NCBI RefSeq assembly: GCF_006345805.1
Contig: NC_043000.1
Coordinates: 125,984,001-126,048,000, forward strand
Direction of reading: 5' to 3'
From: Octopus sinensis
Lineage: Eukaryota
Length of the DNA: 64,000 nucleotides
A program made the position numbers and the translations under genes. Every line of letters begins with the position of its first letter. Within the stretch, counting starts at the first letter, position 1. Under the pieces are notes generated by a model. It was given only the letters and a program-made list of their open reading frames with translations. It searched no databases and was not told the DNA's origin. Below, piece by piece: positions 24,601 through 37,232 of this stretch.

Positions 24601-24744
24601 GACGGAAATGCTCCTAAAGGTGATCCATTTTATGAATCCCAAGAAAACCACAACTTGATTGGTGTTGCAAATGTCTTCCTGGAATGCCTTTTCTATGATG
24701 TCAAGTTAGACTATCATGTACCTATTATTAGTCAACAAGGAGAG
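24601..24744 (+). CDS. KIF13: KIF13 coding exon 3 (DGNAPKGDPFYESQENHNLIGVANVFLECLFYDVKLDYHVPIISQQGE)
   Basis: Acceptor ttcttttgtag|GAC, donor GAG|gtatta, phase 0/0. Nearly identical to the KIF13 motif GDPFYEAQENHNLIGVANVFLECLF...VPIISQQGE. Confidence 0.97.
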
Positions 24745-27042
24745 GTATTATTCATTTTTCTTGGTTTCCTTTCTATTTCTCTATCTTGTTTCATTTCTTA
24801 TGTATTGCACAACTCTACAACAATGTACAGCACGTTCCTAAATTTGTGCCCTCTATAAAACACACTTTTACTAACATCTCAATAGAATTAGTCTCACTCA
24901 CATCTTTAGATATACATCATCATCATCGTTCTATATCTGTTTTCCATGCTCAGTTTTCAGTGTGATCCTAAACGTGTTGGAGGACCAGATCTCACTTAAA
25001 ATTTTGTTTTGGCTAAGTTTCCATAGGTGGATGCCATTCCTAACACCAAGCATTTTATAGATTGTACTGAATATATTTAATGTGGAACCAGCACTAAGGA
25101 GGTTGTCTTGTCATCAGCAAGACCGAAAAGTCCTCCTGGTTCTGTACTTCATGGTCTGCATTGGGTGGATTTTATCATGTACCAGCACAAGATGTTGTCA
25201 TATCTTTGACAAGACTGAGGATCTTTTCCACACTTTATATAGGGTATTAGGTACACTTTATCATGGTATCAGCACTAGAGAGGCTTGCTATGTCCTCAAC
25301 AGGATTACATCATCATCATTTATATGCTGACATGGGTTAGGCGATATGACCAGAGATGGAAAGCAGGAGAATTGCCCCAGGTTCCAATCTGATTTGGCAT
25401 GGTTTCTGCAGTTGGATACCCTCCCTAACACCAATCACATTACAGAGTGTGCTGGGTGCTTTTTACATGGCACCAACACGATTACAATTAGCTAACATCT
25501 ATTACAGACTGAAGACTTGGTGGCTTTCAAAATTACATCACACTTCATATATGTGGGGAGTTTTCTCCTCTGAATGTCAGTTCTCTAGTCCCACAAGAAT
25601 GGCTAACTGATGTATAAAGAATTAGATCTCAGTTGTTTTATTACCCACATATTGTATGGTTGAATATTTCTCACACTCTTGTGATGCACAACAAACTCAG
25701 CATAACACTGCAACTCAGCCAGACCTTTCTTTTATTAAAACAATCTACCCAGAAATCTTCCAAATAATTTCCTTCAAGCCCTATTTCACTTACAAGGCTT
25801 TGTCCAACCCAAGAAAACCAATAGATAGTATCTGTTCACTGTGATGTACAGTAGGGTCAAATTCATGGCCTTCGGATTGTGAGGCAGAATTAACTATACA
25901 ATGATGCTTGTCCCCGATACATCTCTGTTTATACTCGAATCTCCTTCCCCTGTATTTTCAAGTATCTCAGTGGTGCTATTCTTTTGAATATCATTAAAAT
26001 TCTAGATATTCAAACTGACCAAACGATGCTTTTCCATTTGTGTGTGTGAGTGTGATCATCATTGTTTAATGTCCATTTTCTATGCTGGAAAAAGCACCCA
26101 GTATACACTTCAAAAAGTGGTTGGTGTTGGGAAGGACATCCAGCCACAGGTACCATGCCAAAGCTGGTACTGCAGCTTGGCATTGTTCTGCATTTTATTG
26201 GATCCTATCAAACTGTCTAATTCAGTGGTTCTCAACTGAGGCCCATGTGACCCCTGGGGTCCATATAAGGTTTTGTTGTTAAAATTTATGTGCAATATAT
26301 TGGTTGCACCTCTACAATACACAAAATATTAAAATTTTTTTTATATAATTCCTAAGAATACTTAATTATTAAACTATAATAGGTGCAGGGGTGGCTGTGT
26401 GGTAAGAAGTTTGCTTCTCAAGTTTGTTTTAGGTGCACTCCCAATGCATGGCATTTTGGACAAGTTTTTTCTGCTATAGCCTTGGGCCAACCAAAGCCTT
26501 GTGAGTGGATCTGGTGGAAGGAAACTAAAAGGAAGCAAGTCGTACTGTGTGTTTGTGTGTCTTTGAGTTTATTTGTCCCCCACCACCACTTGACATCTGG
26601 TAAAAAAGACCAATAAAATTAGTACCAGGCTTAAAAAGAGAATAAATAGTGGGGTTGATTTGTTCAACTAAAATTCCTCAAAGCAGTGCCCCAGTATGGC
26701 TGCAGTCTGCCGACTGAAACAAGTAATAGTTAAAATATATAATAGGATGTTTTAAACATCGAATGGTTATGAGAGTCCACTTGAGTAAAATATGAACCAA
26801 AGAGGGTCCATTGATAAAAAATGGTTGAGAACCAGCATGGAAAATGGATATCAGATGTTGATGATGGAAGAATTATTTTAATCTTTAAACGAATAAATAG
26901 CAATAATTATTATTTATTTTTATTCAGTTTTTCTTTTGTTTTTTAATTTTTCTTGTTATAGATCGATACTGTTAATACATATATTTGTAAAAACCATGAG
27001 GGACTTCAATAAACTTTCTCACTCAAACTTTGAAATTTTCAG

Positions 27043-27213
27043 ATTGCTGGAAAACTCCATGTTGAGATCTCGAAACTAGGTGGTTCACTTATTGACAAGT
27101 ATTCAGATGTTAGTTCCGAGGGAAGCGATTATGAACCAAAACGGTCTTCTTTACCATTTGATTCATTTGATGAAGACAGCAATTTAGCTATTGGAGCACC
27201 ACTCTATGTTCGG
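27043..27213 (+). CDS. KIF13: KIF13 coding exon 4 (IAGKLHVEISKLGGSLIDKYSDVSSEGSDYEPKRSSLPFDSFDEDSNLAIGAPLYVR)
   Basis: Acceptor ttttcag|ATT, donor CGG|gtatgt, 171 nt open, phase 0/0. N-terminus matches VAGRLHVE. Not in the ORF track (no start codon). Confidence 0.93.
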
Positions 27214-27542
27214 GTATGTATGATAAAAACCAATTCTCTGCATTTGTTTCAGTTTTTTCTCAGACTTCCATCATGGAATGTTATAAATTATTTATCAAAC
27301 ACTAAAATTACCATGTTACCGAAACTAAATTTTATTAATTCAACTGGTATGCTTTTATGTATATATATATATAAAATACAAAATGGGACAAGAACACAAA
27401 ACATCTGGACAACTAGGTGATACAAAAAGGGACAACAAAACATCCAGATAGACAATACAAAAAAACAAGGATGGGACATTCGAAGCTTTCTATTCTCAGT
27501 CAAGAACAGGATCATCTTTACAGTTTCGGCTGATTAATCTTG

Positions 27543-27573
<31 letters not shown>

Positions 27574-28494
27574 GTGTGTATATATATATATACATATATA
27601 CACACACTCACATACAAAAACACACAGATACACGCACACATATATATACATATACTTGCTCACACACATACACACACATATATATATAAAGAGAGAGTGA
27701 GTTAGGGATTAGTGCTTATATAATGTCCTATATAAAAATTTTGTTGTAGCAGTTCAGATTTATTACTTTTTCCAGAAGTAAATTCAATATGAAATTTTTT
27801 TTTGTAGAAAGGGGCTCAATAGTCTTCGCTATTATTCTCGTACGAGAAAATTATTATATAGATATTTCAATGCAAGATTAAAGTTGTATTTGTACAAGCA
27901 GCATAATGCTGTTGCTGAACTTTTCATTCACTTTTATTGCAACAACAACAACAGCAATAATATGAGCGGGGTGGGGGTTGCTTTTCTTTAGTATTAATAT
28001 TTTGTCTAATATCTAGTTTCATTACTCATTCTGCCCCCACCTGTCCCCCACTATATATATATATATATATATAATTTTGTCTCTATTCCTCTTTGCCTTC
28101 AGTATTCAATAATCTGAAGAAGGAAATTTATGCCTGCTGCTAGTAATTGCTTTGACAAAATCTTTCACCATATCGGAAAACATAAAATGAGTGCTTCTAT
28201 ATTGAATGTGTGTTTTTATTGCAAATATATAATTTTTATGTATTTATTCATTTATTCATTCATTTTACAATGTTGAGTTTATCTTAAAGCAGTTTCGGAG
28301 ATTAAAATCGCATGTTACAACTCAGTGAACAGGAAACACACCACCAATGTTGTGAGTGGATAAGCAACAAGTTTCATATTTAGTTCCAAATTCGACCAGT
28401 TCCTTACTTCTCCTAAACCACCTCGAATATTCTCAGCAACTTGCTGCTAAATCAGGTGTTATTTAGATTCATCATATCATACATCACGTGAAGA

Positions 28495-28787
28495 AACATT
28501 CGAGCGAGGTCGTTGCCAGTTGCTGCTGGACTGGCTCCTGTGCAGGTGGCACGTAAAGAACACCATTTGAGCATGGTCATTGCCAGTACTGCCTGACTTG
28601 CCCTCGTGCCAGTGGCGCATAAAAGCACCCACTACATTCTTGGAGTGGTTGGCATTAGGAAGGGCATCCAGCTGTAGAAGCTCTGCCAGATCAGATTGGA
28701 GCCTGGTGCAGCCATCAGGTTCACCAGTCCTCAGTCAAATCATCCAACCCATGCTAGCATGGAAAGTGGATGTTAAACGATGATGAT
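28495..28787 (+). mobile_element. RTE-LINE 3'UTR copy, (GAT)n tail
   Basis: tggttggcattaggaagggcatccagctgtagaag...catgctagcatggaaagtggatgttaaacgatgatgat. Confidence 0.75.
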
Positions 28788-29478
28788 ATCCTCCCTAACT
28801 AAATAGACCCTTGATCAATGGCTTTCCAACCTTCCCAAATTATATATGTAACAGGAATTATGTTGTACAATATGTCCCAACTCTTCTTTTTTTTTAATGA
28901 TTTGATGCCGGCATTTAGATGCTATTTCTAGTAGATCTAGTGACCATGTAGAAGTGGCATCCTCTTTGGCTCTCATCACTTACACTGTGAACTATTTCAT
29001 AGATACTGTATTCAACTGTACCTCTTGCAGAATACAAAACATTGGTACCCAGTACCAAAGCACACTATAGAAAAGTTGTTTAAATATCAACCTCTGTGTG
29101 TGTGTGTATATAGAAAATTTGATGGCCTGGATTAGCTTTCCATTTCTTTTTTTTTTTTTCTTCTTCTTTTAACTGCAAACCAACTAATAAAATAAAAATC
29201 ACAAAATCAATAAGAAAATCACTATGAGAGTTGATGCTGATTCTTTCTCTCCCTCTCTTTTTTCTTTCTCTCTTTCTCACTTTGTTTCTCTCTCTCTCAC
29301 ACATACATACACACACACACATGCTCTCACTCACTCTCTCACTCTCACACACACACATGCTCTCTCACTCACTTTCTCTCTCTCTTTTTCACTCTCTCTC
29401 TTTCTCACTCTCTTTTTCACTCTCTCTCTCAATTTCTCACTCTCTTTTTCACTCTCTCTCTCTCTCAAAAATACATAC

Positions 29479-29509
<31 letters not shown>

Positions 29510-29510
29510 T

Positions 29511-29567
<57 letters not shown>

Positions 29568-30264
29568 GTAAATGTCTATTGGTTAAAATATAAACTACAC
29601 ATTAGGAGGCTGCAGAATAGCTATAAAGTATAGGAAGTTATTTTGATAAAATAAAATACTTCAGGCTCTTCCTTTTTTGGTTTGACAATAAAAAAAAGAA
29701 ACAAAAGAAAAACAAAACACAGAAAGAAAAATAATATTGCCAGGGTAAATGACAGCTTATTTTTAATAGCTTGGTTGAAGATGGTGGTAGTTGTCAATGG
29801 TAACAACTTGTATGCAGTTGACTTATTTTCTTTAGCAGCTGATTTGTGTGTCTGTCTGTGTGTGTGTGTTACTCACTCTCTCTCTCTCTCACACATACAC
29901 ACACACACACATACACACACACACATCTAAAAAAAAATGTTATCGCCTGTATTTATCAGGTACATCTAAATAGTGTTGTCTACTTTTCTTTAATCATCAT
30001 CTTCATCACCATTTCTGTTATTATTAATAAGACAGGAGATTGGCTGAATCCAGACAAAATGCCTGGCATTATTTAGTTACAAGCCTTTATGTTCTGAGTT
30101 CAAATCTTATCATGGTTGGATTGAAATTTCATCCTCCTGGAGGCAGAGTTGATATGCCAGTTAAGTTTTTGGGTCAATGTTGTCAACAGCTCCCTTACTC
30201 AAAAATTTCTAGTTTAGTGCCTAAGTCAGAAAGAATTATTAAATTATTATTATTATTATCATCA

Positions 30265-30308
<44 letters not shown>

Positions 30309-30866
30309 GAGAGAGAGAGAGAGCGTACCATCAAAGTGACACTGGGGTAAAATATAGAAAGCTCAGTATACCCATCATAACTACAGTGCCTGATAAGGGT
30401 ACACCAGGCTCATGCATCACAACCATATGAGCACAACTTGGTGATCTCATATCAAGAAAAACAGTGCATGACCTTGCAGGTGGGGCCCAGTTAGAATTTT
30501 CTTTGAGTCAAGTAGGCCATCCCACTCAAATGGTCCCTGAATAAGGTTTGTTTAAGGATGTTGAACAAAACATCCATGTTTCCAGAGGTGAATTATTCAA
30601 ACCCCAAAGAATTCCTCTCGACACATGACTATGATGCTCCCCCACTACTTCTGCTTGTGATCAGAGATGCACATATCGTCAGCCACTAAGGGACATGCTC
30701 AACTGGTTATGGTCAAACAACTGACAAGCAAATTTGTGGTATTGAGCAGAATATTTGTTGTAGCTCATCTTTTATACCAAGACAAAACAATGTACATGAT
30801 AACACTTCCAATCAGTTAAGATCAGAAGCCATGAGAGTCACTGTCTGGTACTCTATCAGGGCATTT
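30309..30866 (-). mobile_element. ~560-bp non-coding element embedded in (ATT)n, full-length copy 1
   Basis: Colinear over its whole length with 47341-47899. Both ends abut (ATT)n. No TIR and no ORF. Confidence 0.8.
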
Positions 30867-30882
30867 ATTATTATTATTATTA

Positions 30883-30916
<34 letters not shown>

Positions 30917-31499
30917 CATCATTATTATTATTATTATTTTTATTATTATTATTATCATCATTATTATTATCATTATTATCATCATTATCATTATTATCAT
31001 TATTATTATTATTATCATTATTATTATTATCATCCTCATCATCATTATACAGCTTTTTTTTTTCGAGAAGTTCTCATGGAGATTCAGTGTGACACAGGAT
31101 GTGACAAGACTGGATCTTTTGAATTACAGGTACAACTCATTTTTGTCAGCTGAGTGGTTTGGAGCATGCGAAATAAAGTGTCTTGCTCAAGGACACAACA
31201 TTCTGCTGGGAATTGAACCCACAACCTTGCAATTCTAAGCCGAGTACCTTAACCACTAAGCCACACTTCATTCTAATTCTAATTGCCTAATCGCCAAAAT
31301 AAAATTTCTGTCTACACTTTGCCTCAGCAAAAATTCATTATTTACTCCTTCTCCTTCAGTACCAGGATGCTTTGTAGGATTATGGGCTTCCGTTGGTCAG
31401 ATTTTATATCCAACCAATGGCCATTACTCAGAAACCTGGATGTGTTCAGTTTCTTGTAATGATTCAGAAGTGTCAACTCAGACTGTTTGGTTAATTTTC

Positions 31500-31890
31500 C
31501 AATCTGGATTGGCACCTGTGCTGGTGACATGTAAAAAAAAGCACCATTTGAGTGTGGCTGATGCCAGTGCCACCTAACTGGCACCCATGCAGATGGCACG
31601 TTAAAAGCACCATTCAAGCATGGCTGATACCAGTGCTGCCTGATTGGCACATAAAGAAGCATTCGAGCGTGGCCAATGTCAGTGCCACCTGACTAGCACC
31701 CATGCTGGTGGTATGTAAAAAGCACCCACCACACTCTTAGAGTGGTTGGCATTAGGAAGGGCATCCAGCTGTAGAAACCTTGCCAAATCAGATTGGGGCC
31801 AGGTGCAGCCTCCTGACCTGCCAGTCCTCAGTCAAACCGTCCAACCCATGCCAGCATGGAAAGTGGGCGTTAAACGATGATGATGATGAT
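31500..31890 (+). mobile_element. RTE-LINE 3'UTR copy with ~4 internal tandem units
   Basis: Repeated gcaccatt..gagtgtggc..atgccagtgcc units, then the family tail ending aaacgatgatgatgatgat. Confidence 0.75.
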
Positions 31891-32108
31891 CCTACATACC
31901 GTGTTCTCTTGTATGAGGATCCAGCTGAGATGACATGTATTGGTTAGACACATGCCTCATGGTCACAGCAGATGAGGAAATATTTCACAAAGATGGTAAC
32001 TACTTGGGGCATTGCTTAGAGGGGGGGTCAGGATGACCCAAGCAATTACCAGCAAATGGTGAATGCAGTGATGTGGTGCAAAGGCACCTGCTTCCATACT
32101 TGACCTGA
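31891..32108 (+). mobile_element. Decayed 3' end of an RTE/RTE-X-like LINE
   Basis: Degenerate translation YRVLLYEDP...HASWSQQMRKYF...WG.A.R...YQQMVNAVMWCKGTCFHT followed by a tgacctga tail, as in RTE-type C-termini with (CCTGA)n tails. Confidence 0.6.
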
Positions 32109-32169
32109 TACTCTAATTTAAGCTATTAAAGTCTTCTAATTTGAGTAGCTAAAGTTGTGATATCATTTT

Positions 32170-32235
32170 GATGTATGGTGTAGTGGTTAGCACAGCTGTC
32201 TGCCTTGCTGCTAATACAGTGTTCAAATCCCATGG
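32170..32235 (+). pseudogene. Decayed tRNA-like sequence (tRNA pseudogene or isolated SINE head)
   Basis: gtatggtgtagtggttagcac (A box) and gttcaaatccc (B box), but no intact anticodon or acceptor stems. Confidence 0.4.
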
Positions 32236-32705
32236 ATGATTTTACAATTTTTTTTTCCATCATCTTTATTAGACACACACGCATGCACACACACACACAC
32301 AGATTGATAATCTTTTTCTCAAAAATTTTGTGAGTCGTTTGAATCTTGGATTATTTTGGATTTTAAATTGTTATATATTTGCATCTATAAAATGAAACAA
32401 CTTGAGCACAGCTCCATTTGTAATCCCAAATACAGCTTATTAATATACATTCAAGGTAGTTTTAAATACTTAATATTATTCAGTCTCTTATTAACAAGGG
32501 TTTTTCTCTAACACATTAAAGTTTTGGATTTTGGAGGTTTTGGAAATGCAAATAATTATTAAACTATACATTCACATACACACACACACACATGTGCATT
32601 TTGCTGTGGTGTAGCCAGAGAGATTGCCCTGATTGAGTAGCTCTATTATTGTAGGTGGTCAAGCTAAAATCCTTCTGCACCCCACTCCACCCCCATACAC
32701 ACTCA

Positions 32706-32760
<55 letters not shown>

Positions 32761-32964
32761 TGTTTTTTAGGCAGTGTGCAGCCAAGGCCACATTATACTA
32801 TGTATCCTTCTTTTAATGTAAGGAAGATTTGGCTGCTGTTTCTAGCAAGTGTGTTAACTGCATAAAAGTGTCTCTCTCTATCCTTCTTACTGTCACCATA
32901 TATATATATACACACACACACATATTGAGTTCTGTCAGTGCCTGTGTGAAACTATATATATATA

Positions 32965-33019
<55 letters not shown>

Positions 33020-33289
33020 CATCCTCATCATCATTTAACATCCGCCTTCCATGCTGACATGAGTTAGATGATTTGACAGGAGCCGACCAGGTAGAAGATT
33101 ACACCAGGCATATGTATTGCGTGTTTGTGTGTATATATGTACACACACACACATACATGCCCACACATATATACATACACATACAGATAATCTTTCTTTT
33201 GCCATAGTAATTTAGATAGATAGATGTATATTATGTATCCTGTATATATGTTTATATATATATATATATACATATATGTGTGTGTATAT

Positions 33290-33405
33290 ATATGTGTGTG
33301 TGTAGACAGATGTATACAGACACGTACATGCATATGTATTATGTGTCTGTGCATGGATATATATGTGTATGTATGTACGTCTGTGTGTGTGTATATATAT
33401 ATGTA

Positions 33406-33445
<40 letters not shown>

Positions 33446-33610
33446 TGTGTGTGTATATATATGTGTGTGTGTAGACAGATGTATACAGACACGTACATGC
33501 ATATGTATTATGTGTCTGTGCATGGATATATATGTGTATGTATGTACGTCTGTGTGTGTGTATATATATATGTATATATGTATATATATATATATATATA
33601 TATACACTCA
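33290..33610 (+). repeat. ~169-bp tandem duplication within a TA/TG microsatellite block
   Basis: gtagacagatgtatacagacacgtacatgc at 33302 and 33471. Confidence 0.85.
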
Positions 33611-33791
33611 CACATACACAATTACACATACAAACGCATATATATGCAATCCTTCTTTTGCTATTGCAATTTATCATAAATGTGCTTGAGTATTTCCGAA
33701 AAGATTATCCTATCTAAATATTTGATAAATTCGCCTAATTCAGCAAAACACCACAGCATTGTTTTTTATTGTTCCATCTTTTGATGTTGAC

Positions 33792-33805
33792 GTTTCCCAG
33801 GCAAC
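33792..33805. promoter_or_regulatory. RFX X-box-like motif GTTTCCCAGGCAAC
   Basis: Fits GTTNCCNNGGCAAC, in a CpG-containing unique island (33690-34140) between microsatellites. Confidence 0.3.
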
Positions 33806-34176
33806 TACATGCGGAATTACTCTGTTGCGAATTCTTTTTTTTTTTTTTTTCATATTTTCTCTCTGTTAACACTATTCAGTCTCTTAGCCAAAGAAGCCAC
33901 CAACGGAGGGAAAAGCGATACATTTCAGTGTTTGCTGTCGTAGCTCTTTGGGAGACAATCTTCTGTTGGTTACCTGATTTAGTTGCATGTAACAAAAGCA
34001 CCTAGCTACTGATAGTGACTGACTCAGAAAAAAGAAATGTTTTTTTTTTTTTTGTCTTTTAACTATCAATCTCGTAGAATAGAATAGAACGGTGCTATAT
34101 GTTTCTGGGTTTGTTGCTCTTCCGCACTTCATAAGTGAATGGCATTGTTATATTCTCTTTTATATATTTGTATACG

Positions 34177-34209
<33 letters not shown>

Positions 34210-34576
34210 ATATGTGTGTTTATGTATATGTGTGTGCATTTATGTGTACATATGTGTGTATGTATATGTGTGTGTACACACACACACACACACATAGTAC
34301 AGAGTGTGTGTATATGCAAACATATATATTGTAAAATGTGTATGTATGAATATGTAAGTATGTGTGTGTGTGCATGGTATGTTTATGTATGTATGCATGT
34401 ATGTATATATATATGTATATATATATGTATATATATATATTATATATATATATATATATAATATATATATGTATGTGTATGTATGTATATGTATGTATGT
34501 ATATATATATATGTATGTATGTATATATATGTATGTATGTATGTATGTATATGTATGTATGTATATGTGTATATGC

Positions 34577-34625
<49 letters not shown>

Positions 34626-35019
34626 GTATATATATATATGTATATATGTATATATATAATGAAATAGTATTCTATTTCATTATTCTGATTGCATTGTTGT
34701 CTAACGCTTGTTGTATCTAGTTGTATTGGTGCAGTCATTAGAATTAGCTTCCATTGTATTTTAATGTTTTGTGCCTATTTATGGGAAATAAAGAAAATTT
34801 ATATTTATTATTATGGCAGAATCGGTAGAATGCTGGACAAAATTAATCCATTATCTTTGTTAATGATGGGCCTTTACATTCGTAAGTTAAGTCCTACTGG
34901 TGTCTTCTTGGTTTGCGAAGTGGCTGGGTGGGGGCTAAAATAATGACCAGAACTGGAAATCTGTTGACTACAACCTTGTTTGTGTCACTGAGCCAAAGTT
35001 TGAATTTTGAGGGAAAAGT

Positions 35020-35560
35020 ACTGGTGGTGGTGGTGCTGTTGTTGTTAAGCAACAAGACGGGTAAGGGGGATTAGGTGAAGGTCTAGGGTTTAGGGGCGCA
35101 TGATCCCAGACCTTGGAAAAGAAATATCTTTGGTCGTCTTGTAGTGGAGGGCTCTTCGTTGACGCCCGACACCACTGGGAGGTGGCCCTCGAAGTCGCTG
35201 GAAATGGAGATCTCCAGGTCCAAATTCTTGCACAGCTGCTGCTGTTGTTGTTGTTGTTAAGCAACAAGACGGGTAAGGGTAATTAGGTGATGGTCTAGGG
35301 CTTAGGGGCGGGAGACTCCAGACCCTGGAAAAAAAAAAAACTTTGGTCATCTTGTTGTAGTCGAGGGCTCTTCGTTGACGCCCGACACCACTGGGAGGTA
35401 GCCCTCGAAGTCGCTGGAAATGGAGATCTCCAGGTCCAAATTCTTGAATGGCCGCTGCCGCTGCTGCTGGTGGTGATGGAAAAAAGAAGTTGAAGAAGAA
35501 GAGGGGAAACAGCTGAATTGTTTGAGTGCTGGACAAAAGTGCTTTGTGGCAATTCATCCA
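35020..35560 (-). repeat. GC-rich ~212-216-bp tandem repeat (2 units plus flanks) with a coding-like core
   Basis: gttaagcaacaagacgggtaag at 35044 and 35256; gacgcccgacaccactggg at 35161 and 35377; CAG/CAA/CAC triplet runs at unit junctions. Confidence 0.85.
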
Positions 35561-35983
35561 TCTCTTTACCTTTTGAATTAGAATGGTGCCAAGGTCAATA
35601 TTTTGCTTTCATCCCTCCACAGTCAGTAAAATAAAGGGCCAGTCACATACTGTGATCAGTGTTATTGACCAACACTCTCCCTCTCCTCAGAATTGCTGGT
35701 CTTCGGCTGCAAGACGAAAAGCTGGCAGGACTGTTAGCATGCTGGAAAAAATGCTCAATAACATTTTGCTCATCTGTATGTTCTCACTTCAAATTCTGCC
35801 ATGGTCAGCTTTCACTTTCATTCTTTCGGGGTCAATAAAATAAGTACCAATTGAACACTGGGGTCAGTGTAATTGCCTTACCCCTTTATGTGGATACCTG
35901 TAACCTAAGGTGTCCCCAAGCTTTCAAGTGCTTAAGACCCTCCTAATAATTTTATTATTATTATTATTATTAATATTATTATT

Positions 35984-36078
35984 GAGTGAGAGAGCAGTGC
36001 ATGCCATCAAAGTGACACTGGGGTAAAATATACGAAGCCCAGTATACCCATCATGACTACCCGTCTGATAACGGTACA
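35984..36078 (-). mobile_element. Truncated copy of the (ATT)n-embedded element
   Basis: Retains only the gagtgagagagcagtgc...ggtacac end next to (ATT)n. Confidence 0.75.
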
Positions 36079-36530
36079 CTGGGGTAAATGTAGCTAACTT
36101 AACCCCTTCCCCAAATATTTCTGACTTTGAACCAAAATTTGAAACCAGTATTTCAAACATTGATTTTTAAACAACAAATGTACAGATGTCCATTAAACTT
36201 ACATCTTATAGCATTTATTGTTATTTCTTGTAGCTATCAATGCTCTGGACAGTCTGAAAATTAGAGTATTTATTTCCATGTTTACTGCATAATTAGTTTT
36301 CTAATAGAAGTGATTCATTCAGTCATTAATTAGAACTGATAGCAATATTTGATCACAGACTGTTTAACATGAAAGAGAAAAGACAAAGGTAATATGGTGT
36401 TTTGTATTAGGATGCAATATGATATTGGCTTCAGAATATGATCTTTAAGATGTCCAGTGTTGCAGCTTTTTAAGCATTCCGTGTGTACCATAATTGCCAG
36501 TAATTAAACAATTATTTCTTCTTTTTATAG

Positions 36531-36701
36531 ATATCTATTCGAGAAGCACGAGGACTTCCAGCAGCTCTTTCGAACTTTGTCTTTTGTCAATATTCTTTTT
36601 GGGGTCAATTGGAACCAATCGTTGTAGCTCCTTTGGTAAACCCAGAATACTGTGATCCTGATCGAGAAGACGGTGCAACAGTAACATTCTCCCATACTAA
36701 G
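36531..36701 (+). CDS. KIF13: KIF13 coding exon 5 (ISIREARGLPAALSNFVFCQYSFWGQLEPIVVAPLVNPEYCDPDREDGATVTFSHTK)
   Basis: Acceptor ctttttatag|ATA, donor AAG|gtaatt, phase 0/0. Matches KIF13 IKEATGLP..LSNFVFCQYTFW...TVTFSH. Confidence 0.95.
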
Positions 36702-37081
36702 GTAATTTTTGTCGGATTATTATGAAATTTTTAGTTTTCATTTATATCATCTCTCATATTATCATATCACAGACCCCAATGGAACAGTTTTCAAATTCAT
36801 TTAGAACACAACAGCTTCCTTGATAGATTTTGTATCAAATCCATTTCTTAACCCTTTGGCATTCGGATTATTCCATCAAATGAATGCTTATTTCTTCACA
36901 TTGTTTTGAATTAATGATTCACTGTCATTCTTCCAAGATTTTTATAATGTGACTGTTTATTTTTAGAAGTACATTGTAGGGTATGTGTCATGGGCTGAAT
37001 CTGGCCCATTTGAAAATAGAACAGGTTGAATATCTGGGCAGGATATGGCTGGTTTTAAATGCTAAAAGCTATACAGTTCTA

Positions 37082-37232
37082 GGTGAATTTGTCTACAACA
37101 ATTTATCTGTATGTGTTTCTATGTGTGTGTGTGGTTGTATGTATGTGTGCATGTGGTTGTAGATGAATTGTATCCTTAGATAAATTGCTGTACATGGATT
37201 ATTGTAGACAAATTGTTGTAGACAAATTCGCC
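37082..37232. mobile_element. ~150-bp element with 23-bp terminal inverted repeats (putative MITE)
   Basis: ggtgaatttgtctacaacaattt ... aaattgttgtagacaaattcgcc (one mismatch). Confidence 0.6.
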
